A stretch of 64,000 nt of DNA from an uncultured Ruminococcus sp. (GTDB lineage Bacteria; Bacillota; Clostridia; Oscillospirales; CAG-272). The first letter of the stretch is position 1; each line of letters opens with the position of its first letter. A model generated the notes under the pieces. That model worked only from the letters and a program-made list of their open reading frames with translations. It had not been told where the DNA came from and did not search any database. Where the stretch lies: positions 85,221 through 149,220 of the forward strand of contig CAYXBQ010000003.1 of NCBI GenBank assembly GCA_964463375.1, given 5' to 3'. A program made the translations under genes and the position numbers. Shown in pieces: positions 28,246 to 37,608 of the stretch.

Positions 28246-28285
28246 AAAATGCAGTACCTGCTGTGATTTTGGGTACTGCATTTTT
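28246..28285. terminator. Bidirectional intrinsic terminator
   Basis: AAAATGCAGTACCT / GGGTACTGCATTTT. Confidence 0.85.
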
Positions 28286-28302
28286 GGTGTGCGTTAAAAA
28301 TC

Positions 28303-28632
28303 TTACAAATCGTGCTTGTGTATGCGTTTAGCGGCAATCTCATAAACGGCATCATCTGCACGAGCACCAACGACGATTACGACCATTTTTGTGTCTGTCT
28401 GGATCAACTTGTAAACGACTCGCAATCCTGCATCACGTAGTTTGATCTTCATTAGTCCGGTCAAATTGCGATTTCCTTTGTTTCCAAGAGGCTTTCCATA
28501 GCCACCTTCTTGTACAGATACTGGATTCTGTAAAACCTTATAAATTGCTTTGGTGACCAATATTTGTTGATTACCGGATAAGCTACGTAGATCTTTTTCT
28601 GCCTCAGGAAGAAAGGATAAATGCCAGTTCAT
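28303..28632 (-). CDS. Type II toxin, RelE/ParE family
   Basis: WHLSFLPEAEKDL...GYGKPLGN...LTGLMKIKLRDAGLRVVY...VVGARAD. ATGA overlap with the antitoxin. AT-rich. Confidence 0.9.
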   Translation of the reverse strand: MNWHLSFLPEAEKDLRSLSGNQQILVTKAIYKVLQNPVSVQEGGYGKPLGNKGNRNLTGLMKIKLRDAGLRVVYKLIQTDTKMVVIVVGARADDAVYEIAAKRIHKHDL

Positions 28633-28952
28633 TCTAATTCAACCTCATCAAATCCAGCAAGATCTGCTTCTGTGATCCCTAAGTTTTGTAGAACGGTATC
28701 ACCGTCGATCAATTTGCTTTGATCAAAGTGCTGCAGTCGCTCTGTAGCTATGGCTGCCAGCTGGGCATCGTTTAGGGCATCCATGATCTGGATATACTCT
28801 GCCGGAGAAAGCAAAACACATTCCGGTGTATTGTTTTTCATAACGACTTTTGCCCCTGTTTTCTTCACTTCTTCAAATACTTTGCCGGCCATACCTCGGT
28901 TGAATAGAGAGATAGAGATAGTATTCTTGATAGCACTCGAAATATCCACCAT
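28629..28952 (-). CDS. Type II antitoxin, Phd/YefM family
   Basis: ISISLFNRGMAGKVFEEV...KVVMKNNTPECVLLSPAEY. GGAGG SD. Confidence 0.9.
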   Translation of the reverse strand: MVDISSAIKNTISISLFNRGMAGKVFEEVKKTGAKVVMKNNTPECVLLSPAEYIQIMDALNDAQLAAIATERLQHFDQSKLIDGDTVLQNLGITEADLAGFDEVELE

Positions 28953-28987
28953 GTGATATCCTCCCATACGTTTTTGTGCCTAGATAC

Positions 28988-29016
28988 AGTATAGCACAAA
29001 GTGGTGAAAAATGCAA
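28988..29016 (-). promoter_or_regulatory. sigmaA promoter of the TA operon
   Basis: TTGCAT-17bp-TATACT with extended TG. Confidence 0.75.
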
Positions 29017-29069
29017 TAGATTTGCTGCAGAATTTACTGATGGTGTGCAACAGGAGCTTTACAGCTGTC

Positions 29070-29165
29070 TTATACTTTGTGTGCTGTATTGATTCCGACA
29101 TTCATTTCTTTCAAAGATATGTCTGCGATACCATTTTACATAGCGATTTGACTGGCTTTTTTCAT
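29070..29165 (-). pseudogene. Remnant of an antitoxin C-terminus (RelB/DinJ-associated type)
   Basis: MKKASQIAM*NGIADISLKEMNVGINTAHKV* resembles, from memory, the AM..AS.IAEENGI.DM.LEEINAEI tail of Firmicute antitoxins. Internal TAA at 29138-29136. Confidence 0.5.
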
Positions 29166-29180
29166 CGCACCTTCATCACA

Positions 29181-30212
29181 TCAATTTTCCATAAGCTCCA
29201 TAGAGACCACAAATGTATTCCCCTCAAATGCGTAGGGCGAGGACCCATACCCGCTGGCGCAGAACAAATGGGTCGGCTTGCCGGTTTCGTCAAACAGCAG
29301 GGAAGGCCGTTCCAGGTTTCCCTGGACCGAGGTGTGTCCGTCTGCCCACTGTACCGTGCGGGAATAGATCTTCGGCTGGGGGGCGATCTCGAAATCCATG
29401 CAGTCGTCGCTTTCCGCATAGAAGCCGCTGCCCCATTCGCCGGTGATCCCGTAGGCGCCGTGCTTTACGTCATCCTTGGCGATCAGGCAGAATTTCTTCC
29501 GCTTGTCGTCATACCAGATGAAGGGATCCTCGATGTGGTAGTCTTCATCCGCAAACTGCAAGATCGGCTTGTCCGACAACCGGCGGAATTCCCCATCCGG
29601 CCGATCGGCTACAGCAATGCCCAGCTTCAAGGGCTTGCCGGAGCTTTGCCGGGATTTGTAGATCATGTACGTGGTCCCGTCCGGCAGAATGGCTACCGAA
29701 GGATTGGTGGTGACGGTGCAGTCCCAATAGGAGCAGTCACGAGGCTCCAACAGCGGCGTGTCCCGGCGCACATAGGGCCCTTCGATGGTGTCGGCTACCC
29801 CCAGCCCGATCCGCTTCCGGTTCCAGGTCTCCAGCACATAATCGCTGGGAATATCCCCTTCCTCCGGCACATCCCAGCTGTAGGTGCAGCCCATGTGGTA
29901 GAGGTAGAATTTGCCGTTCCAGGTCTTAATGCAGGTGTTGTGGGTGTTCATACCGTCAAAATACTGTCTCCCTCGCCGGGGTAGCACCACCTCGGCAAAG
30001 GTGTAGGGTCCCTCCGGCTTGTCCGAGACCGAGCGAATGATCTCACTGCGGAACAGCCAGTTGGCACCAAATCCATACTTCTTCGGCCAGCGGGAGGAGA
30101 ACATGTGGTACTTCCCATCCACCTTCAGCACCGAGCAGTCCCAAACGTAGTAGTCCTCCAGCTCCAATGCGATCCGTGCCTTCCCGGCCGTATATCCAAA
30201 ATTTTCAGCCAT
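29181..30212 (-). CDS. Five-bladed beta-propeller glycoside hydrolase (GH43-like clan)
   Basis: YYVWDCS, EGPY, HNTCI, TTNPS, IEDPFIW, LERP. Start MAENF with GAAAGGA SD. Confidence 0.85.
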   Translation of the reverse strand: MAENFGYTAGKARIALELEDYYVWDCSVLKVDGKYHMFSSRWPKKYGFGANWLFRSEIIRSVSDKPEGPYTFAEVVLPRRGRQYFDGMNTHNTCIKTWNGKFYLYHMGCTYSWDVPEEGDIPSDYVLETWNRKRIGLGVADTIEGPYVRRDTPLLEPRDCSYWDCTVTTNPSVAILPDGTTYMIYKSRQSSGKPLKLGIAVADRPDGEFRRLSDKPILQFADEDYHIEDPFIWYDDKRKKFCLIAKDDVKHGAYGITGEWGSGFYAESDDCMDFEIAPQPKIYSRTVQWADGHTSVQGNLERPSLLFDETGKPTHLFCASGYGSSPYAFEGNTFVVSMELMEN

Positions 30213-30265
30213 ACTGCAAGTTGTCCTTTCTGTATGCATATCGTTTTTTTCATAAATACACCTAT

Positions 30266-30294
30266 AGTATACCAGCTTCCCGCCCAAATGTCAA
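30266..30294 (-). promoter_or_regulatory. sigmaA promoter for the GH43-like gene
   Basis: TTGACA-17bp-TATACT with extended TG. Confidence 0.8.
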
Positions 30295-30338
30295 CCGGTC
30301 GCCACACCCATATTTCTCCATAATTTTCGCCCATATGG

Positions 30339-30368
30339 TTGACAGTTCCATAGATAAGGTGTTATAAT
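30339..30368 (+). promoter_or_regulatory. sigmaA promoter for MATE-GH38
   Basis: TTGACA-18bp-TATAAT with extended TG. Confidence 0.75.
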
Positions 30369-30405
30369 GTAGTTACTCTATCTTTTTTTACAGCAAAGGA
30401 ACGAC

Positions 30406-31803
30406 ATGAGATCCAAAATCAAACTGAACCTACCCATGATCGGCGTGATCCTGACCTTGGCATGGCCCACCATGTTAGAGCAGCTCATGCAGACCGCCGT
30501 ACAATACATCGATACCGCCATGGTGGGCGCATTGGGGCTGCAAGCCACCGCAGCGGTAGGTGCTACCACCACCGTCAGCTGGCTCATCGGCAGTGCCATC
30601 TCTGCCACCAGCATCGGCTTTTTGTCCTTTATCGCCAGAGCCTATGGTGCCAAGGATAGGCAGGCGGCGGCTCGTGCAGTCTCCCAGGCGGTACTGGCGG
30701 TACTGGTGCTGGGGACGGTGTTCACCATCCTGCCCTTGACCCTCAGCCACTATGTTCCCGTCTGGATGCAGGTGGACGCAAGCATACGCCCCACCGCCAG
30801 CCTGTATTTCTTCATCCTGTATGTCCCCATGCTCCCCCGAACGGCCAGCATCATCTTTGGCACCGTACTACGAGCGGCGGGGGACACCAAAACACCCATG
30901 AAGGCCGGCGTGCTGGTGAACATCACCAACGTGGTGCTGAACTTCCTTTTTATCTATGAGACCCGCACCATGACCCTCTTCGACCATAGCTTCACCATGT
31001 TCGGTGCCGGTTGGGGCGTGGCGGGGGCAGCCGTTGCCAGTGCCATTGCCTATACCCTCGGCGGCATCCGGATCACCATGGTGCTGTGGAAGCATCCGCT
31101 GGTCTCCCCAAAGGGACAAAAGCTGAAGCCGGATAAGGAGATCCTTCTCCCCTGTCTGAAGATCGCCCTGCCCAATATGTTCCAGCGGATCGGCACCTCT
31201 CTGGGATATGTGGTCTTCGCCGCCATGATCAATTCTTTGGGAGACGTGTCCACCGCCGCCCATACCATCGCCAATACCGTGGAATCCGCCTTCTATATCC
31301 CCGGCTACGGTATGCAGACCGCCGCCGCTACTTTGGCCGGTAACGCATACGGCGAGGGGGACAGAGAAAAAATGAACGAGCTGGCAAGGATGTTCATTCC
31401 CATCGAGATCGGGCTGATGATCCTGTCCGGCGGCTGCCTGTTCCTTTGCGCACCCAGCCTTATGCACCTGTTCTCCAAGGATCCGGAGGTCATTCGTCTG
31501 GGCAGTACGATCCTGCGCATGGTGGCAGTATCCGAGCCCTTCTACGGCTTCTCCATCATTTTGGAGGGCCTGATGCAGGGGGTGGGAAACACCAAGGAAC
31601 CATTCATATACAACATCATCGGTATGTGGGGCATCCGCATCGTGGGTACCTTCCTCTGTACCCAGCTGCTACACATGACCCTTGTCTCCGCCTGGGCCTG
31701 CATGATCCTGCATAACCTGTTCATCTTTATCCTGTACTGCATCTGCTACATCCGCCGCCGGTGGAATCCGTTGGAGGTGGAGCTGCGGAAAGCCAAGCAA
31801 TAG
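30406..31803 (+). CDS. MATE family transporter
   Basis: LAWPTMLEQL...IDTAMVG, LRAAGDTKTPM, GVAGAAVAS. About 12 TM segments in two repeats. Confidence 0.93.
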   Translation: MRSKIKLNLPMIGVILTLAWPTMLEQLMQTAVQYIDTAMVGALGLQATAAVGATTTVSWLIGSAISATSIGFLSFIARAYGAKDRQAAARAVSQAVLAVLVLGTVFTILPLTLSHYVPVWMQVDASIRPTASLYFFILYVPMLPRTASIIFGTVLRAAGDTKTPMKAGVLVNITNVVLNFLFIYETRTMTLFDHSFTMFGAGWGVAGAAVASAIAYTLGGIRITMVLWKHPLVSPKGQKLKPDKEILLPCLKIALPNMFQRIGTSLGYVVFAAMINSLGDVSTAAHTIANTVESAFYIPGYGMQTAAATLAGNAYGEGDREKMNELARMFIPIEIGLMILSGGCLFLCAPSLMHLFSKDPEVIRLGSTILRMVAVSEPFYGFSIILEGLMQGVGNTKEPFIYNIIGMWGIRIVGTFLCTQLLHMTLVSAWACMILHNLFIFILYCICYIRRRWNPLEVELRKAKQ

Positions 31804-31829
31804 AACATACACCGAAAGGGAGAAAACAT

Positions 31830-34256
31830 ATGAAAGAAGTACATCTGATCTGCAATGCCCACTTAGACCCCATTTGGCAGTGGGAATGGGAAGAGGGTGC
31901 CGCCGCCGCCCTGTCCACCTTCCGTGCCGCCGCAGACTTAGCCGACCAGTTCGACTATATCTTCTGTCACAACGAGGTGACCCTGTACAAGTATATCGAA
32001 GAATACGCACCGACCCTGTTTGCCCGCATCAAGGAGCTGATCCGGGTAGGCAAGTGGCATATCATGGGCGGTTGGTATCTCCAGCCCGACTGCAATATGC
32101 CCTGTGGCGAAAGCTTTGTCCGGCAGATCCAGGTGGGTCACCGGTACTTTATGGAAAAGTTTGGCGTGAACCCCACCACCGCCATCAACTTCGACGCATT
32201 CGGTCACACCAGAGGCCTGGTGCAGATCTTGCATAAGTGCGGCCAGGACAGCCTGATCCTGACCCGTCCCGGCAACGATCCCACGCCCGCCGGTCAGTTC
32301 TGGTGGGAAGGCTTTGACGGCAGCCGCATCAAGGTCAACGGTGTTCGCCAGGGCTACAACTCTCCTTTGGGTCATGCAGCCGAAGCGATCCAAGGAAAGG
32401 CAAACGGGCAGCCGGAGGACGTGATCTGCGTGCTGTGGGGCGTAGGCAACCATGGCGGCGGCCCTTCCCGCAAGGATCTTGCCGACATCCAGAAGCTGCA
32501 AGCCGAAGGCTCCATGGAGATCCTGCACTCCACGCCGGAGACGTTCTTTGCCCGCATCGACCCCAAGGTGGTCCACGACAAGTCCCTGCGCACCGTTATG
32601 CCCGGCTGCTACACTTCTATGACCCAGATCAAGCGCAAGCACGCCGAGCTGGAGAACACCTTATTCATGGTGGAAAAGCTGTGCTCCGTTGCCGCCAACC
32701 GGGGCCTGATCGCATATCCGGAAAAGGAGCTGGATGAGGTGGTGGAGGATCTGCTCAATGCCCAGTTCCACGATGTGCTCCCCGGCAGCGCCGTGCGTGC
32801 AGGAGAAGAAAACGGCCTTAGACTGCTGGACCACGGTCTACTGATGCTGAACCGCCTCCGTGCCAGAGCGTATTTTGCCATGGCGAATACAGAACCCAGC
32901 GCCGCCGAAGGGGAATATCCCGTGCTGGTGATGAACCCGAACCCCTACGAATGGGAGACGGAGATCTTCTGCGAATTCTCTTTGGCAGACCAAAACTGGT
33001 CGGACAGCGAAGCCTACTATCCCCGTGTGCTGGATACGGACGGCAACGAGATCCCGGCACAGCTGGTCAAGGAGGAAAGCAACCTGAATCTGGACTGGCG
33101 CAAGCGGATCTGCTTTAGAGCGAAGCTGGCACCGCTGACCCTGACCCGCTTCTCCGTGTACATGGAAAAGCAGCCGAAGAAGACAAACGTGTACGACAGC
33201 GGCAGCGATGTGATCGTGGACCTGCCCCAGATCGGCAAGCACGTGGAGATCGACGGCAAGACGGGGCTTTTGCGTTCGTACCGGATCGGCGGCAAGGAAT
33301 ATATCGATGCCACCAAGGGCGGTGCCTTCCAGCCGGTGTTCTACAAGGACAATCCCGACCCCTGGGGCATGGGTGCTTTCCAGCTCACCGCTATGGGAAC
33401 GGATCCCACACCCTTCACCCTGATGGCAGAACCGGACGGTATGTTCAAGGGCATGCGACCCATCCAGGTCATCGAGGATGGGGCGATCTACACCGGCGTG
33501 GAATGCTTCTTCCGCTGCGAAAACACCAGAGTCCGTGTGGAATACGACATTTATAAAAACACCGATGCCGTAGACGTAAAGGTGGACGTGTTCCTGGCCG
33601 ACAACGACCGTATGCTGAAGCTGGCCCTGCCTCTGACTGCAAACGGCACCTACATCGGCCAGACTGCCTTTGGTACGGAGCCGCTGTACATGGATGGCAG
33701 AGAATGCGTGGCACAGCGGTTCGTAGCACTGCGGAACGAGGAGAACTGCATCGCACTGCTGAACCAGGGTACCTATGGCTCCTCGTATAAGGACGGTGTG
33801 CTGTCTATGTCGCTGGTGCGTGGCGTATCCTATTGCGCCCACCCCATTGGCGACCGGCCCATCATCCCGTCGGATCGGTATGTGAAGAAGATCGACATGG
33901 GCGAGCGCAACTTTACCTTCCGTCTGACCGTGGCACCGGAGGAAGCCTTGGAACGGTTGGCACTGGAATACAATGTCCCCGCCTACGCCTGCAACGTGTT
34001 CCCCTTGGGCGAAAAGGGAACGACCACACCCTTCACCCTGTCCGTGGCAGACAAAAACATCGTGCTTGTGACCATGAAGAAGGCGGCAGAGGAGAGCGGC
34101 TACCTGATCCGGCTGCTGAACAACTGGTCACAGGAGAAAAAGACCACCCTGACCTGTCAGGATACGAGTCTGTCCTTGCGCTTTGGCGGGTACGAAGTGA
34201 AGACGATCCGGTGGGAGGATGGCAAATTGACGGAAATCACGGCTCTTGTGATATGA
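31830..34256 (+). CDS. Alpha-mannosidase GH38
   Basis: NAHLDPIWQW, GGWYLQPDCNMPCGES, FDAFGH, GVGNHGGGP, QFHDVLPGS. Confidence 0.93.
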   Translation: MKEVHLICNAHLDPIWQWEWEEGAAAALSTFRAAADLADQFDYIFCHNEVTLYKYIEEYAPTLFARIKELIRVGKWHIMGGWYLQPDCNMPCGESFVRQIQVGHRYFMEKFGVNPTTAINFDAFGHTRGLVQILHKCGQDSLILTRPGNDPTPAGQFWWEGFDGSRIKVNGVRQGYNSPLGHAAEAIQGKANGQPEDVICVLWGVGNHGGGPSRKDLADIQKLQAEGSMEILHSTPETFFARIDPKVVHDKSLRTVMPGCYTSMTQIKRKHAELENTLFMVEKLCSVAANRGLIAYPEKELDEVVEDLLNAQFHDVLPGSAVRAGEENGLRLLDHGLLMLNRLRARAYFAMANTEPSAAEGEYPVLVMNPNPYEWETEIFCEFSLADQNWSDSEAYYPRVLDTDGNEIPAQLVKEESNLNLDWRKRICFRAKLAPLTLTRFSVYMEKQPKKTNVYDSGSDVIVDLPQIGKHVEIDGKTGLLRSYRIGGKEYIDATKGGAFQPVFYKDNPDPWGMGAFQLTAMGTDPTPFTLMAEPDGMFKGMRPIQVIEDGAIYTGVECFFRCENTRVRVEYDIYKNTDAVDVKVDVFLADNDRMLKLALPLTANGTYIGQTAFGTEPLYMDGRECVAQRFVALRNEENCIALLNQGTYGSSYKDGVLSMSLVRGVSYCAHPIGDRPIIPSDRYVKKIDMGERNFTFRLTVAPEEALERLALEYNVPAYACNVFPLGEKGTTTPFTLSVADKNIVLVTMKKAAEESGYLIRLLNNWSQEKKTTLTCQDTSLSLRFGGYEVKTIRWEDGKLTEITALVI

Positions 34257-34370
34257 ATATTTTACCAGGTTTTTTTGCGTGAAAATACAGACAAAACGGC
34301 GATTTTGTGGTATAATACTGACGTAAGGCAAACCCTACCAATCTTCTACGATATATAAAGGAGTAAGCAT

Positions 34371-35054
34371 ATGAAAAAGATCTATACCGGTAAAACCAAG
34401 GACGTATACGCACTGGACAACGGTAACGTCATGCTCAAGTTCAAGGATGACTGCACAGGCAAGGACGGCGTATTCGATCCCGGTGAAAACACCGTAGGCC
34501 TGACCATCGAGGGGATCGGCAAGGCCAATTTGCAGACCTCCGTTTATTACTTTGAAAAGCTGAAGGAAGCCGGCATCAAGACCCACTATGTCAGCGCCGA
34601 TGTGGAAAACGCCACCATGGAAGTACTGCCGGCCACCGTGTTCGGTCACGGTCTGGAAGTGATCTGCCGTCTGGTCGCTACCGGTTCCTTCATCCGCAGA
34701 TACGGCGAATACATGGAAAACGGCACCAGACTGGAAGGCGGCTACGTAGAATGCACCTTCAAGAACGATGAAAAGGGCGACCCGCTGGTGACCTGCGAAG
34801 GTCTGGCCGCACTGGGCATCATGACCCCCGCCATGTTCGAAAGCATGAAGGAACAGACCCTGAAGATCACCAAGATCGTAGCAGACGACCTCAAGACCAT
34901 CGGTCTGGATCTGTGGGACATCAAGTTTGAATTCGGCTACAACAACGGCGAAGTGATCCTGATCGACGAGATCGCCTCCGGCAACATGAGAGTCTACAAG
35001 GGCGACACCATCGTAGAACCCGTTGCGCTGACCAAGCTTATCCTGAACAGATAA
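34371..35054 (+). CDS. purC: SAICAR synthetase (standalone)
   Basis: [40 protein letters not shown]. Extended -10 TGTGGTATAAT at 34306-34316. Confidence 0.88.
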   Translation: MKKIYTGKTKDVYALDNGNVMLKFKDDCTGKDGVFDPGENTVGLTIEGIGKANLQTSVYYFEKLKEAGIKTHYVSADVENATMEVLPATVFGHGLEVICRLVATGSFIRRYGEYMENGTRLEGGYVECTFKNDEKGDPLVTCEGLAALGIMTPAMFESMKEQTLKITKIVADDLKTIGLDLWDIKFEFGYNNGEVILIDEIASGNMRVYKGDTIVEPVALTKLILNR

Positions 35055-35071
35055 CAACGCATAAACCCAAT

Positions 35072-35107
35072 AGAAAAAAGCAGTCACCCAAAATGGCTGC
35101 TTTTTCT
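35072..35107 (+). terminator. Intrinsic terminator after purC
   Basis: AAAAAGCAGTCA / TGGCTGCTTTTT. Confidence 0.8.
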
Positions 35108-35127
35108 GCACAGGCAGGTCCGAAATA

Positions 35128-35168
35128 GAAAAACACCGTCTGCCACATTTTTTTCACAGACGGTGTTT
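35128..35168 (-). terminator. Intrinsic terminator after the MFS gene
   Basis: AAACACCGTCTG / CAGACGGTGTTT, perfect 12-bp stem. Confidence 0.8.
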
Positions 35169-35181
35169 GGGATCCGCTATA

Positions 35182-36465
35182 TCATTTTGTTTTTTGGCTC
35201 CCCCGCAGGAAGAACAGCACATACAGCACAGAGAGTGCCGTGAACACCACCGCAATGGCCGACACCACCTGCTGGGCGTATATTGACAGCCCAAACAGCC
35301 TGTTGCCGCTTTCCTGGATGTACGACACCAGACCGGATACCACGATGGTGGTCAAGAACCCAACGAAGCCGGATACCGCCTGAGAAAGTGCCAGCGCATT
35401 GGAGCGCATATCCGTCTTCACCAGATCGAACACCAGATTGGTCAGCGCACTGTTGATCCCGCCCATGGCAATGGCATACAGCGCATAGTACAGGGTGTAG
35501 AACACACGGCCGTTCTCCGGCACCGTGAACACGTTCACCAGGAATCCGAGCCCTGCGATCCCCAGACAAATGCTCACCATGGATGCAAAGGAATTCTTGT
35601 CCGCAAACTTCCCCCAGAAGGTGGAAACGCTGGCCCGCACCAGGCTGTACACGATGCTGAGAATGGACACAAACTGCAAGCTGAACCCCAGCTCCTTGAT
35701 GCAGTAGGTGCCGTAGAAGGGCGTGGCGGCGCTGTTGGCAATGTGCCAGAGCACAAACAGGATCGTCACCTTCACCACATTTTTGTCCTGTAAGGTGGAG
35801 AGCATCTGCCGGATGGGATTTTGCTTCTCCGGTTCCTCGGTGGCCGGGAGCTCCACGGAAAACGCCATGGTCAGCGTGTGCAGCACCATCAGCACGAACA
35901 CCGTGATCCCACACAGCACAAAGGCCGTCTCGATCTGTCCCAGCGCCTGGTAATGGTCGATGAGCGTGCCCATGCCAAAGGAAAACAGCATCCCGGACAG
36001 CAGCGACACGATCTCCTTATAGGAGGTAAAGACCCCACGCTTCCGGTCATCCACCAGCGACATGAGCCAGCTGATCTTCAGCGGATGGATGCAGTTGTAG
36101 ATCAGATACGCCAAAAATATCGCCACGATAAATAGGACGATCTTCACTTGCTTGCCGCCCCCAAACAGCGTTTGGGTACCAGACAAAGGAATGATGTATA
36201 GCAGCAGGAACAGTAGCTGGTTCACCACGGAGAGGGACGTGACGATGGTCTTCACCCGCCGCCGCTTCAAAAATACGGAGAACAGCTGGAAAAGACAGCC
36301 CAGAGAGATAGAGGAAGATAGGATCCCTGTGAGACTGTCGGACATCCCCAGATGGGAGGTCAATGTGGCCAGATAGGAGCCGGCGAACAGAATGGAAATA
36401 AAATACTCCAGAGCAGCCTCGATGATGTACAGGATCCGGCTGCGCTGCATGGCTTTTTCGTTCAT
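35182..36465 (-). CDS. MFS transporter
   Basis: About 12 TM segments, WLMSLVDDRKRG, WGKFADK. GAGG SD. Promoter TTGCAA-17-TATAAT at 36565-36537. Confidence 0.88.
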   Translation of the reverse strand: MNEKAMQRSRILYIIEAALEYFISILFAGSYLATLTSHLGMSDSLTGILSSSISLGCLFQLFSVFLKRRRVKTIVTSLSVVNQLLFLLLYIIPLSGTQTLFGGGKQVKIVLFIVAIFLAYLIYNCIHPLKISWLMSLVDDRKRGVFTSYKEIVSLLSGMLFSFGMGTLIDHYQALGQIETAFVLCGITVFVLMVLHTLTMAFSVELPATEEPEKQNPIRQMLSTLQDKNVVKVTILFVLWHIANSAATPFYGTYCIKELGFSLQFVSILSIVYSLVRASVSTFWGKFADKNSFASMVSICLGIAGLGFLVNVFTVPENGRVFYTLYYALYAIAMGGINSALTNLVFDLVKTDMRSNALALSQAVSGFVGFLTTIVVSGLVSYIQESGNRLFGLSIYAQQVVSAIAVVFTALSVLYVLFFLRGSQKTK

Positions 36466-36616
36466 GAAAGCACCTCGCAGGATACGATAAAAATGTATGC
36501 GCACATTTCGGTACGCACCGAGATCAAATCGACACTATTATAGCAGAAACAGACAGCATTTGCAAGAGTCTAACAAAGTATTGGCAAAAACACCGGTTAA
36601 AAAGAAAGGAAGACAT

Positions 36617-37384
36617 ATGAAAACGTGTATCATAGAAGCCCACAGAGGCGTGGGTACCGATTGTCCGGAGGAGACGCTCACTGCATTCCGTGCCGCCGTT
36701 GCCCAGGGCTATGGCATGATCGAGCTGGATACCAAATTTACCAAAGATAACCAATGTGTCCTGCTGCATGACGGCACCGTCAACCGCACGGGGAGAGCGC
36801 AGGATGGCTCTGTGCTGAAAAAAGAGCTTCGCATCGACGAGATCACCTTAGCCGAGGCACAGCAGCTGGATTTCGGCATCTGGAAGGATCCTGTGTTTGC
36901 CGGTGAAAGGATCGCCACCTTAGAGCAGGCACTGACGCTGGCTATGGGTGCCGCGATCCCGCTGAAATTCGACAACGTCCTGTGGTGCCATACCGAAGAA
37001 CAGCAGCAGATCTTCTTCGATACCATCAAGGCTATGGGCGCAGAATACATCACGGAGATCACCTGTGGTAGCGTCTCCCAGATCGAAAAAGCACTTCGCC
37101 AGCTGCCGGGCATCCAGATCCACTACGATGGCCCCGTGTCCCCGGAACGGATGGCAGAGGTCGCCGCCGTGGTGCCCAAGGAGCAGCTGACCACCTGGAT
37201 CCGCTTTGACAACAAGATCACCGCATGGTGCAAGAACCCGGCAGTCAACGCAGAAAACGCAGCACTGGTCAAGCAGTACGGTAAGCTGGGCGTGTGGCTC
37301 ATCACCCAGGAGGAAGAAATGCAGACCGCTGTGGAAGCCTACGGTGCCGACATCATCGAGACCGATGGCACCTTGAAGCCGTAA
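36617..37384 (+). CDS. Glycerophosphodiester phosphodiesterase family protein
   Basis: AHRG...PEET...IELD...TKD...LHD.TVNRT, IETD. Confidence 0.88.
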   Translation: MKTCIIEAHRGVGTDCPEETLTAFRAAVAQGYGMIELDTKFTKDNQCVLLHDGTVNRTGRAQDGSVLKKELRIDEITLAEAQQLDFGIWKDPVFAGERIATLEQALTLAMGAAIPLKFDNVLWCHTEEQQQIFFDTIKAMGAEYITEITCGSVSQIEKALRQLPGIQIHYDGPVSPERMAEVAAVVPKEQLTTWIRFDNKITAWCKNPAVNAENAALVKQYGKLGVWLITQEEEMQTAVEAYGADIIETDGTLKP

Positions 37385-37400
37385 CGAAATATTTTGCAGT

Positions 37401-37439
37401 AAAAAGCCCTTGCCTGTGCCCAAACCGGTAGGGCTTTTT
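37401..37439 (+). terminator. Intrinsic terminator
   Basis: AAAAAGCCCT / AGGGCTTTTT. Confidence 0.75.
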
Positions 37440-37492
37440 GCGTACAAAAGAAGATTTTGTTGCCCCACCACCGCCGAAATGCGAATTGTTAT

Positions 37493-37521
37493 TTGACTTA
37501 TTACCCGATGTGTGGTATAAT
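37493..37521 (+). promoter_or_regulatory. sigmaA promoter of the phoH operon
   Basis: TTGACT-17bp-TATAAT with extended TG. Confidence 0.85.
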
Positions 37522-37608
37522 ATAGATAAGTATGATCGACCGCCCCGATGCAGGCGTATAGTAGGGATCAGAAAGCGAAAGTTTGAATTGTAGTGCAGGA
37601 GAAATAGT

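Noticed and set aside
28286-29180. IS element or prophage remnant around the TA pair
   Set aside because: No transposase, integrase, terminal inverted repeats or target duplication that I could identify.
29001-29984. 327-aa plus-strand ORF
   Set aside because: Antisense shadow of the GH43-like gene running into the AT-rich spacer; no motifs.
34257-34370. Purine or ZTP riboswitch upstream of purC
   Set aside because: The leader after the -10 is about 50 nt and lacks the conserved cores.
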